64,000 nucleotides of DNA from Schmidtea polychroa (taxonomy: Eukaryota). How positions within the stretch are numbered: the first letter of the stretch is position 1; each line of letters begins with the position of its first letter. Location: NCBI GenBank assembly GCA_044892525.1, contig CM097885.1, forward strand, positions 47,059,727-47,123,726, read 5' to 3'. Of this stretch, positions 1-14,335 are shown piece after piece. Under the pieces are notes generated by a model. The model saw only the letters and a program-made list of their open reading frames with translations. It made no database searches and had not been told where the DNA came from. A program made the position numbers and the translations under genes.

Positions 1-421
1 TAATATATTTTTAAAAGAAATAAATTCAGAAGGATATTATTTGCAAATCTTGTACCAGTTTTATTGGACATTTATGCATAAGCAAATTATATAATGGATT
101 TTTCCAAAAATTAAACATTTTAGCAATTTTCTCTTTGATATAATTTTTCTTATACGATCTCTCTCTAGTGAAACATTACAGATAATGTTTGTAAATGAAA
201 TGAGATAGTCACCCTGTACCAAGACCAATGAGGGCAATATTGTTTGAAAATGAATATATAATTTGTTTTTACATATAAAATCACTCTGAATTATCAATTA
301 TATCGGTGCACCATGTTCCTTTTTACAATGAAATAATACCAAAACCAATTAATACATTTTTTTCATTGATCAAGTTCATCATTATTTTGTACAAAAATTA
401 CATTTAAAGAAATACATAATT

Positions 422-688
422 TTAATTGATGTTCGTTTCAGAATCTTTCGGTGGTTTAATTATAGTTTTCTTGTAAATGATAACAGACTGTATAATCAGG
501 CTCATTATCATGCCAAATAGCAATAATGCCAGTCCACTGATCAGTATTAGTAGAAATATTCGACTGCTCCTGGAAATAACTGGAAAATTGGAGGAGTTAA
601 AATCAGAGCGCTCTGTTGTTTTTTTAAGAGATTCGAAATTATGAAGAAAAAAGCGATCATCATCATGAAATAAATATCGATTCAGCAT
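422..688 (-). CDS. Possible host exon or small membrane protein (88 aa, one hydrophobic segment)
   Basis: Open frame with a TM-like stretch (IFLLILISGLALLLFGMIMSLIIQSVII) followed by basic residues. No family recognised; could be spurious. Confidence 0.2.
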   Translation of the reverse strand: MLNRYLFHDDDRFFLHNFESLKKTTERSDFNSSNFPVISRSSRIFLLILISGLALLLFGMIMSLIIQSVIIYKKTIIKPPKDSETNIN

Positions 689-750
689 TATTATATTCGC
701 ATTCTAAAATGATTATTAATTAATTAATTATTATTATTATTATATTATTA

Positions 751-804
<54 letters not shown>

Positions 805-922
805 TTGTTTTATTATTATTATTTATTTATAATAATAATAATAATAAATGATATAATAAATCAAAAAACTTCAAACGCAGGATTTTTCAATTTTATTTTT
901 TAAAATAATTATTGTTCGTTTA

Positions 923-1522
923 CAGGGCCGGATTTAAGCATTTGTTGGCCCTAGGCAAAGGAGCTTTTTGGGGCCCTCAAAATTAATTAGTATATTTCAA
1001 GGAAATTATGTAGGTTATTTTATTTGCTAAAAGTATTTAAGAAATAATTATTTACTACCTATTTATATTTTGAAATATATTTATTAAATAATTCCGTTTA
1101 AAAATAAGATACATATGTCATGTCAAAAATATAATTTTACAAAACTTTCTTTCTAAATTTTTCTAGAGCATATTCATCAATCAATGAATCAAAATCAATA
1201 GCTTTCAATTTATCAATGTTACAAGATAATAAGGCCAAATTATTCAAAATTTTTTGACTCATCGTTGACCTCAAAAAATTTTTAATCAGCTTCAATTTTG
1301 AGAAACTTCTTTCGCCAGTGCAATTAGCAATCATTAGACACAAAAAAATTCTTAAAATTGTTTCCAAATTTGGAAAAGCAATTTCCAAATTTTTTTCCTT
1401 AATTATCTCGTAGAAACTCAAATGATTTGGATGATCATTTGGCCAATCGTTCGATTTTGGGGCCCCCAAAACTGCGGGCCCCTAGGCAGTGCCTAGTCTG
1501 CCTATAGGTAAATCCGGGCCTG
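923..1522 (-). mobile_element. Internally deleted hAT DNA transposon (600 bp)
   Basis: 14-bp TIRs CAGGGCCGGATTTA / TAAATCCGGGCCTG (1 mismatch). Perfect 8-bp TSD TTCGTTTA at 915-922 and 1523-1530. Confidence 0.92.
1137..1469 (-). pseudogene. hAT transposase C-terminal dimerisation-domain fragment
   Basis: FPNLETILRIFLCLMIANCTGERSFSKLKLIKNFLRSTMSQ..LNNLALL matches the hAT C-terminal motif (ERSFS); the rest of the transposase is deleted. Confidence 0.9.
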
Positions 1523-3329
1523 TTCGTTTATCTTGACCTGAATTTAATTTAACTTTGAAGAAATGTCATTATCGTCGGTTTTCAAAATAATTACGTAATC
1601 TCTAGAAAAACAATTACAGTTTAGACTAAGCTTCAGATTAATAGAATATAAATAAATTCAAAATTAATTGTTTCCCTTACGTTAAAAATATTTTTATGTA
1701 AAAATATTATTCGTTTATATTTGTTAAACTTCGTGGCAATGCTATTGACATCAGTCTGTATTTTTTTGACAGCTGAGGTTTTATTTATCTTTTTAGTCGT
1801 ACATAATATTAATATTTTAAGTTTTATTTTAAAATCATTAATTAATTTTTCTGATTTTATTCAACTTATGGGTTTTCAAATTTATAATGTCATATTATTA
1901 GAAATCGATTTTAATAAAGTATGTTCTATTATATTAAAAATAAAATAATTTCATAATTGTTTAAATTAATTTGAATCACATTAAACTTTGAATTTAACTA
2001 ATTTCCAAAATCTTTAATTGTTATTTCTTATATTTCACTATTTTCTTCCATTTTTCTTTTAAGGTATTTTCAATCCAATCACAAATCATATATAAGAATT
2101 CAAAGATAATTCCTATGAACAATTTTCTTTTAACCTTACATTCTTTCAAGAGACTTTCAAAAAAGAGAATTTCATTATATGTAAAAAATTATATTCAAAG
2201 CAAATAATTATTTATTCAAATAAATAATTCATTATTAACTTCGATTATGTTGCTTGTAATTTAAGATATATTTGATTATAATTAATAAACACATTTGATA
2301 AAAATATATTGGAATAATAAAATATATTAAATAATTAAATTGACCAATTATAATATTAGTAAATAATTTTTACAGGAACATCTTTTGGTAAACCAATTAA
2401 TCACATTTTTTTATAATTAAAATTTTCACACTTAAAACAAAATGTATCAAAGATTTATGAATTTTATTAATCTACTTTCATCTAAAGATGAATAAAAACT
2501 TTTAGTAAAAATGGAAATAAAAACTTTAATTTTCAGAATTTAAAAATTAAAACTACTAACTGTAAAAACATAGTTTTTAAAACTTTCTCTATATCTCAAT
2601 CTTTTACATTCTTTCAAAATTAAAATTTATATATAAGTGCTTAATGCTATGAAATATTTAATATTAAGCAAAATCACCTAGTTAAGAAATTACTTTGAAA
2701 GGAATATTTTATTAATATTTTTAAAAAAAATTAGAAAATATTAATAAAATTAAAGATTTTCAAAAATCTTAATTATAGTACCTTCAACCGGTCTGAAATT
2801 TGAAACAATGCATTGTTCTCCACGACGAAACTATCAACCAAATTTCAGCTTGATCCAATCGCAGGAAGTTAGTTAATTTACCGTCGCAAGATATGCGTGG
2901 CTCATACAAACATTCAAATATGCATATAAAGTGAATTTTATATAGAGAATTTAAAAAGAAAGAATGGTAAAACAAAAGGCCAGTAAAAATTACATATACA
3001 GATTTGCATAAAGACAAACTATATCTCGGCTGAAAATAATTCGTTTTATTTAATAGATTGAATTTTAAAATTATGTCTTTGAATATGATCTCTTTTAACT
3101 GACTGAAAATTAGGTCAAACCAATTTCAAATCCTTTCAAAGTTGTCACTAAAATTCTAAAGAAAAGTTTTAAAATTTGAAAGTTTCAAAATATTTAGGAC
3201 AATATTATGTATGTGTTTTGATCACAAAAAAGAGTTAAAAGTGGTCAGATACTGAAACATATTGAGTCATTACAATGCAGTGTATTTTCAAGCATGATTG
3301 TCTAATTTTTTAAATTTTCAAGTCTAGAC

Positions 3330-3330
<1 letters not shown>

Positions 3331-3409
<79 letters not shown>
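3331..3409. repeat. (AAT)n microsatellite
   Basis: Pure trinucleotide run. Confidence 0.95.
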
Positions 3410-3412
<3 letters not shown>

Positions 3413-6171
3413 TTAAATATTTTTCATATAATTTCACAAAATAAAAATGAAGATAAATAAGAAATCACAAGGAAATCCTGTCGAGGAATCGACTTTAAAT
3501 TTTTATTGGTGTTTACATTGAACCGTTTCTGTGAATATTCAATTATTTATAAAAATGAAATAGATTTAAAATAAAATAATTTTTTTTTAATTATTAACTT
3601 TGTTCATACGAAATAAAATAATCTAAATAATTTAAAAATAAAATAAACATAGCAATGATTTAATTGTTAGAAATGCGTGATATATGAAGCGTTGTTGATA
3701 AAATCATTGAATCCGAAAATTACTGTGTTGGTAACGTGCAGGTTTTGAATGTTTTTTTAAAATAGTTTGGGTGTTAAACTGAGGGTTTGTGAATTATTGT
3801 TGTTGTTTTCAAATGTATTGAAAGGCTAAATTGTTTCTAAAATTTACAAAGTTATGAATTGATGATTAAAATTAAAATATTTTTGGGTGTAAATTAAATA
3901 TAATTTTAATACAACTTTTAAAGATCTTTTGAAAATAATATTCAATTAAAAAATAAATATGTGTTCAAAGTAAATAATAAATAATCAAATTTTATAATTT
4001 TTTTTTATAATTTTATAAGGTTTTCTAATGTATTTATTAGTATCATTTTTTATTATTTAATTTAGTAAATGTAAAGAGTTTTGGCATATTAGAAATATGT
4101 CAAAAATATATAATTATATTCAAAATTATTATCATAAATCTTTTGAATAATATTTTTTATATTACTATAGAAAATACATAACCAATTGAGAAAGTTATTT
4201 TAATTTAATATTTTAAATGAATTTTAACAATTTACAATTAAAATTTATCGTAAAAGTTTGTATTATATGCGTAATAATATAGAAACGGGAAATAGAACTA
4301 TCGGATTATTTATTTATTGTAACATGCTTTAGTTTTTATTTTTAATATGTAAACGAAAATATTACTTATTAAATTACTGATAATAAAAGCAATTTTTTTG
4401 TTGTAACTATAATTGTAAATTCTCTAAATATCTTGGAAGAAATAGAGGGAAATAGATTTGAGTTATCGCTAAAAGAATTAAATGAAACGAAAAATAATTC
4501 TAATTAAAATTTTTTTTCATTTAATTAATAAATCGCTTTTGATTTTATTTGGATTTTTCCAAAATTTGAACTTATTCGGGCATGGATAAAAAGTGACAGT
4601 CAATTTAATTCTCATATCTAAGATTCTAATCCATGCATTTGTAAGTTTTTTTATCCTCAATTCAGTCTAATTTCTCTAAATCTGTCTATTGAATCCTTTT
4701 TGTTTTAATCTGTATATTAATTTAATAGACTTATCGAAATTTATTTATTTTGTGTTAATAATAACTTCCAAACGATCTGTATTTTAATAATTACTATACT
4801 GGGAATAGGAAATAAAGTTATGAAGTCAACTGTTTAGATACTACGATATCTGCAATGTGATAATATGATTAAATGATTAAATGTGGTCTCTATCTAGTCA
4901 CTTACATTGTTAAAAGATTTAGAAACACCTATACATAATGATTGTATACTTTATTGAATGTAATATTTTGGAATCTACTTGTGTTCTTGGTTATCAAATT
5001 AACGAACTTCAAATAAATATAGATTTATTGATATCAAAATAAAAACAAAAAATATTGCACTGAACTCCAAAAATATCAATAAATTGCAATCAATTATATC
5101 AAATGACAACAACTATGAAATTCAATAGCTAGGAGGTCGTTTTAATGAAGTAATTTTCTTTTCAATTACTTTATATTTTTTACATTTATTCTTCAATCTT
5201 TTCGTTCTATGATTCATATTTATTGGATTGTTGTAATATCCCCTATAAACAATATAATAACAATATCCCTTTTCTGTTCGTTTGCAATCTTGGATTTTCT
5301 TTGGTAATACTCTTAGGAATAACTGGTTAATTAATGCTTCTTGACCTTTCTTGAGTTTTCTCTAAATCACTCCTGAGCTTTTGAAAGTATTCTGATGGCT
5401 TTAATTTTTTAATGGCTTTAACTTCTCCGTTCATTTTGACTTTTCCTAACATCACTTTTTAATGCATTTGGAGATTAAACATTCAACAATTTATTCATAT
5501 GACAAAATTTATTATTCAAATCCAATTTTATGCATTTCTTATACTTCCCAAATATAAACAAATTTATTATCAAATCTAAATAATTAAATATATAATTATA
5601 AAATACTGTACGTACAAATTCAGTAAATTTATTTAGGATTTTTCAATTCCATACGCAACAATGAAGGAACTTGATTTCACAACATTTATTAGGTTACTTT
5701 TAGAATAAACATGTATGAGATTTCCTACATCTGACTATAGAAATGTTATATGAAGTAATTAATTCCGTATCAATATTTCAATCATTTTTCTAAGTAAATA
5801 ATAATATAATAGTGCTCTTTTTAAATACTTCTTTATGTTTACAAAATATTTCAATGTAATCATTTGCTTTAATATAATATAATTCTGCAACTTTCATGAT
5901 TTTATTGCTTCCTTACATTGTACAACTTCAAACATTATGTAAAAGTGTATAATTATAACATAAATTAAAACAATAACTATGAAATTTTGCAAATTGTTAA
6001 CATATCGAAGTTAACCTATTACTGCACTAGAAAAAGGAAATCGTACCATATAGAATGGTGTACCGTATGTTGAAGGTGGAGGATATATGGGATATACTAT
6101 TTATGGAGAGTTACTGTATATTGTTTTTATATTTGTTTTATTTTATATTGCTATTTGCAAATTGAATATTT

Positions 6172-6175
<4 letters not shown>

Positions 6176-6256
<81 letters not shown>
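6176..6256. repeat. (TA)n microsatellite
   Basis: Pure dinucleotide run. Confidence 0.95.
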
Positions 6257-6260
<4 letters not shown>

Positions 6261-6546
6261 AAAAAGAATTTATTCAGTAATAATTCAAATTTGTCAACAA
6301 TTAACTTTATAAAACAAATTATTAAAGCAGTCAAGATTATAAATTTTTTGTGGTTTGAATGAAAATTAACTAATTATATTAGTTTATTATTAATTACTAC
6401 CTTAAATCCAAACATATTCTTGAATATTAATAAAAGTAAACTCACAATTTTAATACTATAAAGCCTGTTTTCCTAGCTGCATGATAAAGGTAAAGTGTAT
6501 TCTAATATAATATCTGAAAACTATAAAAATAATTATTTATTATTTA

Positions 6547-6705
<159 letters not shown>

Positions 6706-8757
6706 ATGATTTTTATTATTAAATGATTATTTATTGGTAGCAGCAGTAATTAAATGTTAAACAATTAAATTATAAGTTAAGATCTATATTGAAAAGCAAT
6801 TATTGAATGAAATGAATAAACTTTGATTATCAAATAACTCTTATCAACTGAAAAGCAGTTCTTTTGTTCAATGAATAAAGATTAAAAAAAACAAAGTGTT
6901 CGTAATTAGTCAAATGTTTTCTTTATTTATAATACCATCAAATGTCTTAATCCCTGTATAAATGGATATATTATAATAATGCATAATCATATTTTGAGAG
7001 AATTCCGACGCTGAAAAAAAATGTCAAACGAAACAAATATTTTTCTGAATATATAATCATAATTATTATTGTAAAACTTAAAATAATTTATTATTAATTA
7101 TAATATATAATTAGTATTAGTAATTTTATTATTGTTTATTAATTTAATTATTATTATCTTACCTTAAATTTAATTCATATTTTATGAAAATATAGTTAAA
7201 TTTAATAAGCTAATCATTAAATAACTTAGATATTATTTAATATTAAACGGTTTTCTATTTGACAAATTACTGACAAATAAAATTTCAGGTTTTAATATTT
7301 TGCAAATTCACTATTTTATATAGAAATTACATAGTATTATTTTTATTTTTTATTTATATTTGTTTTCTTAAAGAAAAAAACAAATAGATTAATTTCGAAA
7401 TTATTAAACAAATTTTTACAATTTATTTCCAATAATAAAATTATATTGAATATTATCAAGTGTGTATAAAGACTGTGCTGAAATATAATGTACCTTATAT
7501 ATTGTTTTTTATATATTATTGCATTTATTGAATTTAGATGTAAACAGAAGATAAATATGACAATTATTATTTATTAAATTTGATACTCTCCCTTTTTCTA
7601 TAGGTTCAATGGAATATATGAATGATACAGGATTAATCAAATTTGTGTGTTGTACCATAAAGCATGAAAAACATCAAAATAAAAATATTACATGGAAAAT
7701 TTTAATTGCATTCATAAATTCATCAAAATTAATTTTATTTTTAATAAAATAAAAATCAAGAGACAATTTATATTAAAGGACAATTTTTCTTCTTTATTAT
7801 TTAGATGTAAATTATTATTGCAAATTAATTTCACCCTTTTCCCATTGAATCGAATGCACCAGACCCATTTGATATTATTCAGGAATCGCATGATTATAAG
7901 CTTCAGATGTAACGGATTTGATTCTGTGACAAAACCTTAACTTCAGTTATTCTGTTCTTAATAAACTACCCTTATTAAACTACCCCGTATATCATAGCGT
8001 AAAATTGTGTCAATAAATCTAAAAACTTAAAAAGCCAAGTTGGATTGAATTTCAATTAGACGAAAACCTTGATTTTACATTTATCACAATAATAACAAAA
8101 TCAAGTTTTAATGTTGTTTAATGTTTTTATTTTAAAAATACATTTACTATTGGTTCTAACAAATGGAAGTTATCAAAAATTTGATAATGAGAATTCGATA
8201 ATGTCATATAATAACGTCAAATTGAAAAATAATTTATTATATCCTTTAAACGTTTCATTAATTTTAGTTAAAAATTGTTTCCTGTCATCCACGCATTAAC
8301 CGATATATCATTTTAGGGGGAATTTTCTGGAATATGTTTCTTGGCTAATACAAGATGATATACGGTAATATTATTTTTAAAATTGAATATTTCTCAAAAA
8401 ATTTCCATCTTTAAAGACTACCGATTATATATGAATTAATCTAAAATAGCTGTAATATTGTCTTTTTAATTCAATATTATTTAAACAAATTTAAAACTAA
8501 TTCTAAAAATCAATAATATTCTATTTTAAAGAAATATAACTATCAAATTTCAATTAATTTTCCCAATTTAATTTCGTCAAAATTTTAACCAATATTATTT
8601 GTTCTTTTTCCATTAATTTTCATCACTTAAAACTTTTTCTTAAATTTCTGCTTGATATTTTATTTTTATAATTTTACCAAATTTTAATTTTTTCGAAGAT
8701 TTACTAGAAATTGCCGGTTTCATTTAAATTGCAAAATATCAACAAATTTTATTAAAA

Positions 8758-8889
8758 TTCACTTGATAAATGCAGTGGTGAAAATTCGTGAATATCAAAA
8801 ACATCGATATATTTACTAAACATCAAGTTTTTAATAAATACAATGGAAAAGAAATCAGTGGTGAAATTTGAAATAAAAGTTCTTATAAA
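8758..8889 (+). repeat. Dispersed ~135-bp repeat, copy 1 (Penelope pLTR/retrozyme-like, hammerhead-like motif)
   Basis: TTCAC-TTGATAA-ATGCAGTGGT-GAAA-ATTC-GTGAA followed by a tail shared with copies at 21260, 31749, 41032(-) and 60944(-). Confidence 0.7.
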
Positions 8890-10544
8890 TTTTACTAAAG
8901 ATTTATTTAAAATTTTTTCAATTCTTATGTGCAATATTAGGTTAATTTCATTCCGCTTATGCCCTAAATATTGTTTTTCAAATTCTACTCTCTCTTTGTC
9001 AGTAATAATAATCCTCAATATATGTGAAATAAGATACAAGCAAACATATTAAATAAGCTGATAAAATTACTTGAAAGTACTTTTACCATTTATAATATAT
9101 AATATCAATTAAGCTTTTCAGGGCCGTAACAAGGATGGTGCGAGCGGTGCAGTCGCACAGGGCGCACATCGGAAAGGGGCGCAAAATTGGAATGTAACAT
9201 TTTTTTAATGTTACCAGTAGGTAGTTAGTAGCCCGCTGCAACAATTATGTAATAAAATAGTCGCGGCTTGTTATGTAATAAACTAGTTTAAATTATATAT
9301 CCTCCTCACTTATATTCTCCCGATTCTCGATTTTCCAATAATTAATCACTTATATTCCCCGATTTTCTACTAATTTATCACTTATATTCCGCCGATTTTT
9401 CACCAATTAATCACTTATAATCCACGATTTTCTACTTATATTCCGCCGATTTTGATTAATTATTCCCCACAAATATTTCTTTTAAGATTTTTTTTATTAA
9501 ATTTATGAATTTTATGAATTATTTTTAAATAAATTCTATTAATATATTTCCATTCTTATCAACTTTCATCTTATCTATGTCCATTCAATGATCCATTAAT
9601 GAATTATTCTACCAATTATTTTCACCCATTTGAATTTATCATCGAGTAATGAATAATTTCCTCACTTTAATGAAGATTCTTACCACCTTCATTGTTAATT
9701 TTATCAAAGTTTAAAGAATATTTATCTTTTTCATTTTACATTGCTTACCACTTTAGAATTTTTATCGAAATTTATGATAATTTGACTAATTCAATGATAA
9801 ATTTGAAGAAGTTAATTGGTTTTATTATATATACTCTGAGTTTATCCGACAAAATATTCTGTCCCCCTATGGGTATTGCTCACAAGGGTACTACTCAGAT
9901 TCAACATGTCGCAAGGGTACTGATCATTTAATGCCTTTATTTGAATGATTATTTAGGCAAATTTGTTGTTTAAGGAATTCATTGATAATTTTTAGAGTTG
10001 ATGGTTTTAGTAAATATTCAAGTGAATTTCCATCATTTTTGTGAATTTTTATCGTTTTTTGTGAATTTCTATTATTTTCATGAATTTCCGTAATTTTTTG
10101 TGAATATCTGTAATTTAATGCTAATTCTAAGGTAAGTTTAATTAATTTCTTGATAATTGAATGTATTTTTATTGACTTGTTTTTTTAATTTTAAATAAAA
10201 ATTTATTTTTAATGAGGTTAATAATTAGAGTTTGTACAATAGTTAGATAAATTTTGATGAGGATATTGAATAATTTTCTAAGAATTTCATGTTGACTGAT
10301 TAAAATGGTGATAAATTTAATTGATAAATTTAATTAATTTCTTGATAATTAGTTGTATTTTATTGAATAGTTTTAAAATAAAAATTAATTTCATTGACAA
10401 TTAGGTTAATAATTAAGTGATTAAAGTGAATTAAGTTAACTTTAAATTTACTTGAAAATGATTGTAGGATATACAGAAATTTAGTTTGCTGTTATTGCTT
10501 GAAAATGATTGGTTGAATAGCTGAAGAATTATGATCAAACAATA

Positions 10545-10883
10545 TGTTATCCGCAACAACGTCAAATTCATTCTCAATCTCCATAATTAATAAATTAAAC
10601 AAATAAAATTACTAAATTTATTTTATTCACAAAACTGCGCTTTTTTTGTAATATTCAAACAATCTGTTCGAGGCTTTTTTATTATTTTAATTTTGATGCT
10701 GATTTCAATGCTGGTTTAATTTATTTTAATATTTAATATATTTTTAGTTATTTTTATATTTTAAACTTACTTTAATTTATTAATTTAAATATTTATATAA
10801 AAATTTATGTAATCTGATATATACAATTTAAATATTTATTAGCAATATCCAGTTTTAACTTAAACGTGAATTCTACCCTTTCA
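10545..10883 (-). repeat. 3' LTR of Gypsy
   Basis: TG...CA ends; about 5 differences from the other LTR by eye. The pol stop codon (TGA) is the first 3 nt of this LTR. Confidence 0.95.
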
Positions 10884-13800
10884 TCCCCCTTCTTTAAATT
10901 CTTTAATCTTTTCAATATTCCTGATTAAAGACTTCCCACTTTTATCTCTCAGCATATAACTGCGATCGTGTATTCGTTCTGTTACCATGTATGGTCCTTC
11001 ATATCTATCTTGATCCTTGTTTCGTATTTCTCGTTTGATTAATACTTTGTCTCCAATATCCAACCTCCTTGCAGTTGTTGTTTCCTCATTTTGTCTTTTA
11101 CTTTCAATTTTCAATGCGATATCGTTCCTGTTGATTCTACTATCATTATACCATTTTGATCTATCAATTCTCCTACCAAAAATAATTTCAGCTGGGCTTA
11201 CTCCCGTTGTTTTTTGAATGGTTGCGTTGAGTGTATATTCTATATCTGGGATAAGGTCTGCCCAGTCTTTTGTATTTCCGTCTTTCAGCGATGCATTAAT
11301 AAAATCTCTTATTGTCCGGAATTGTCTTTCGATTATACCATTCGTATTATGATGATATGGACTCGAATACACTATTTCGAACCCTGCATTTTTGCTTATA
11401 TTCTTTATGCTATTAGCTTCGAATGTTTTCCCGTGATCTACATGTAGTTCTTCGGGTGCCCCAAATTTTAGAATCCAGTTGTTTAACAATATCTTCCCAA
11501 TTGTCTCTTCATCCTGTTTATTTATAGCTGTTAACGAGATGTATTTGCTGTAATGGTCGATTATTGCGCAAATGTATCTTTTCCTGTTAAATGTTTCTTT
11601 CATTGGGCCACATATGTCCATATATATTTTCTCGAAGGGTTCGGATGCTTCAAGTACTTTTGGTTTCTCTTTCATCTTTGTAGTTACAACTTTAACTTTT
11701 TGGCACGATTCGCAATTTGATATTGTCGTTTTTACTTCCTTTATTAGATCTCTCATATCGAAATTGTTTTGTATGTATTTGATAACTTTGTCAACTCCAG
11801 CATGGCACAGTAATAGATGTGTTTTGTTAATCATTTCTCTTCTTTTGCTCTCTGGTATCCATATTCTTTTATCTTTGGTATAAATAATATTATCCTCTAT
11901 TATAAACCTTCCACTCGTTTGCGTTCTTATTTTATTTTTAATCTCCTCTATTTCATCACTATTCATTTGCCATTCCTCTCCTTTGTCTTCAGTCATTATA
12001 TTTAACATTCTGGTTTTCATTCTTCCCATTTTAGGATTATCGTGTTCCATAAGACATTGTACACATGTGCCACACGTTTTCCTCGATAACATGTCTGCGT
12101 TAGTATGTAGTGTACCCTTTCTAAATTCCATTTTTATATCAAGGCTACTTAAATAGTTTATCCAGGTCTGGAATTGAGCTGTAATTGGCTTCTTCGTGGT
12201 TAGCATAAATGTTATTGCTTTATGATCTGTACGTAGTGTAAATCTTTTTCCATATAAATAGTGACTGAAATGCCGACAAAAATAATATATAACCAGGAGT
12301 TCCTTTCTTGTAATACAATAGCCTCTTTCGTGGTCATTCATCGCATGTGAGCCATAAGCGATAACTTGCTCATATCCCATGTCATTCTTCTGTGATAAGA
12401 CTGCGCCGATTGTATCGAAACTTGCATCCGTATCCAGTATGAATTCTTTCTTAAAATCAGGAAATACCAAAATCGGTGCGGTTATTAATGCCAACTTCAT
12501 ATTCTCAAAAGCCTGCTCACAATTTTCATTCCATATTATTCTGTCGCTATTTTTACCACATATACTCTCTAAAGCTCTTGCCTTCTTTGCGTATTCTTTA
12601 ATAAATTTTTGATAATAGTTGCAAATACCCAAGAAACTCCTTAAATTTTTCACACATTTCGGCCTTTGAAATGATTGAATAGCTTCAATTTTGCTCTGAT
12701 CCGTTTGGATGCCGTCTCTATTTATAATATGGCCTAAGAATTTCACTTCGCTTTTCAGTATTTGACATTTTTCAGGATTAATTCTTAGTTTAGCTTCTAC
12801 GATTTTCTGCAATACTCTTTCTAGCAGTTTATAGTGTTCTTCCATTGTGTTAGTAAAAATTAATATATCGTCCAGATAAACCATTACCCCGTCTTTCCAT
12901 AAATTCTTTAATATCTTCGTCATGAGCTCTTAAAAAGTTCCTGGTGCTGCCGCGATGCCAAACGGCATTCGGTTGAAACAAAATTGTCCCTCTTTCGTTG
13001 AAAAAGCTGTTTTCTCCTGTGAATCTCTATCCAACTTCACCTGATAGTATGCGTTTCCAAGGTCAATAGAACTAAAATATCTAGTACCATGCAAAGCATC
13101 TAAGATCTCGTCAACGTTAGGCATCGGGAACGCTTGTCTTTCAGTAATTTTGTTAAGTTGTCTAAAGTCCAAATAGAGTCTGATATCCTTCTTTTCCTTT
13201 TTCCAAACGCACACTAAAGGTGTATTCCAAGGTGAATTACACTTCCTTATAATATTATTATCCTCCAGATTTTTAATGGCCATGTTTATTTTCTCTTCCA
13301 AGTTTATAGGCTGTCTTCTGGGCTTTATCATTATTGGTCCGCCATTTGTTTCAATTTTATGTTGAATTAAATCCAATTAAATCCAACAACCCACTTGTCA
13401 GCCATGAAAACACATTTACTTCTCTTGATAATTTCTACAAGCAATTTATCTTCTTTTACTTTCAACTTCTCTATCGCATGTTGGAATCTTTCTTCATTTG
13501 TAATATTCCTCCCAAATTTAGCATCAATTTCACATATACGTTCGTTAGATATCATTTCACCTTCTTGAATCCATCTTAATTCAATACCGAATTGTTTCTG
13601 TAATTCTATACCCCCAATAACATCTGGGACAATGTTTTGTACGACGGTAAAGGTCACTATTTTTGTTAGCTTCCCTATCTTTACCTCAATTTGAACTTTT
13701 CCTATAGTTTCCAATTTACTGTCATTTGCACACCTTAGCATTTCATCTGTTTTTATTATCCTGACTTTGTCCAATTTATCCAGTACTGCTTTAGACATTA

Positions 13801-14335
13801 CATTAACTCGTGCTCCTGTATCTAACAGACACTCAATTCCGCGCCCCTGAATTTCAAGTGTTATACTTGGTCTACCTTGCATTTTATGATAAGTCATACG
13901 AGGTCCTTTCCATTCGTCTTTCGTAAATATATTTTGTTCCACTTTGTTCTTTATACTATTGGAAATTTCATTAATCCACTCAATCTTATCTTCATTCATA
14001 TCAAATGACTTTTTTAGGAAACTATATACTTTTTCTCCTGTTCTTTCATCGCTACACATTATTTTGCTGTTTCCATTTCTATGATCTATACTGCTACTTT
14101 TATAAACATTAAAATTAGTTTTATCATCCATATTATTACATAAATCTTTACTAAAAATACTAAAATTATCTACACTATTCAAATTATTTACATTATTCAA
14201 ATTATTTACATTATTCAAATTATTTACATTATAAAAATTATTTACATTATTATAACCAGCATTTTCATCAAAATCAAAATTACCTAATAAATGGCTCCTA
14301 TCATCGCCTCCTGTGATGGAGCTTCCTCGTTTGGG
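10881..14335 (-). pseudogene. pol: Gypsy pol (protease-RT-RNase H-integrase), disrupted
   Basis: Protease LLDTGA, RT YLDD, RNase H LDTDAS, integrase HHCC zinc finger plus D,D,E (YMDI, HVDHG, IERQF) and GPY motif. One frameshift near 13375 and an in-frame TAA at 12930-12932 (probably CAA>TAA). Confidence 0.95.
10884..10895 (-). other. Polypurine tract
   Basis: AAAGAAGGGGGA immediately precedes the 3' LTR on the minus strand. Confidence 0.9.

Noticed and set aside
1560..2200. Exon-like stretches with GTAAGG donors on the minus strand
   Set aside because: Could not be chained into a stop-free gene or matched to any family.
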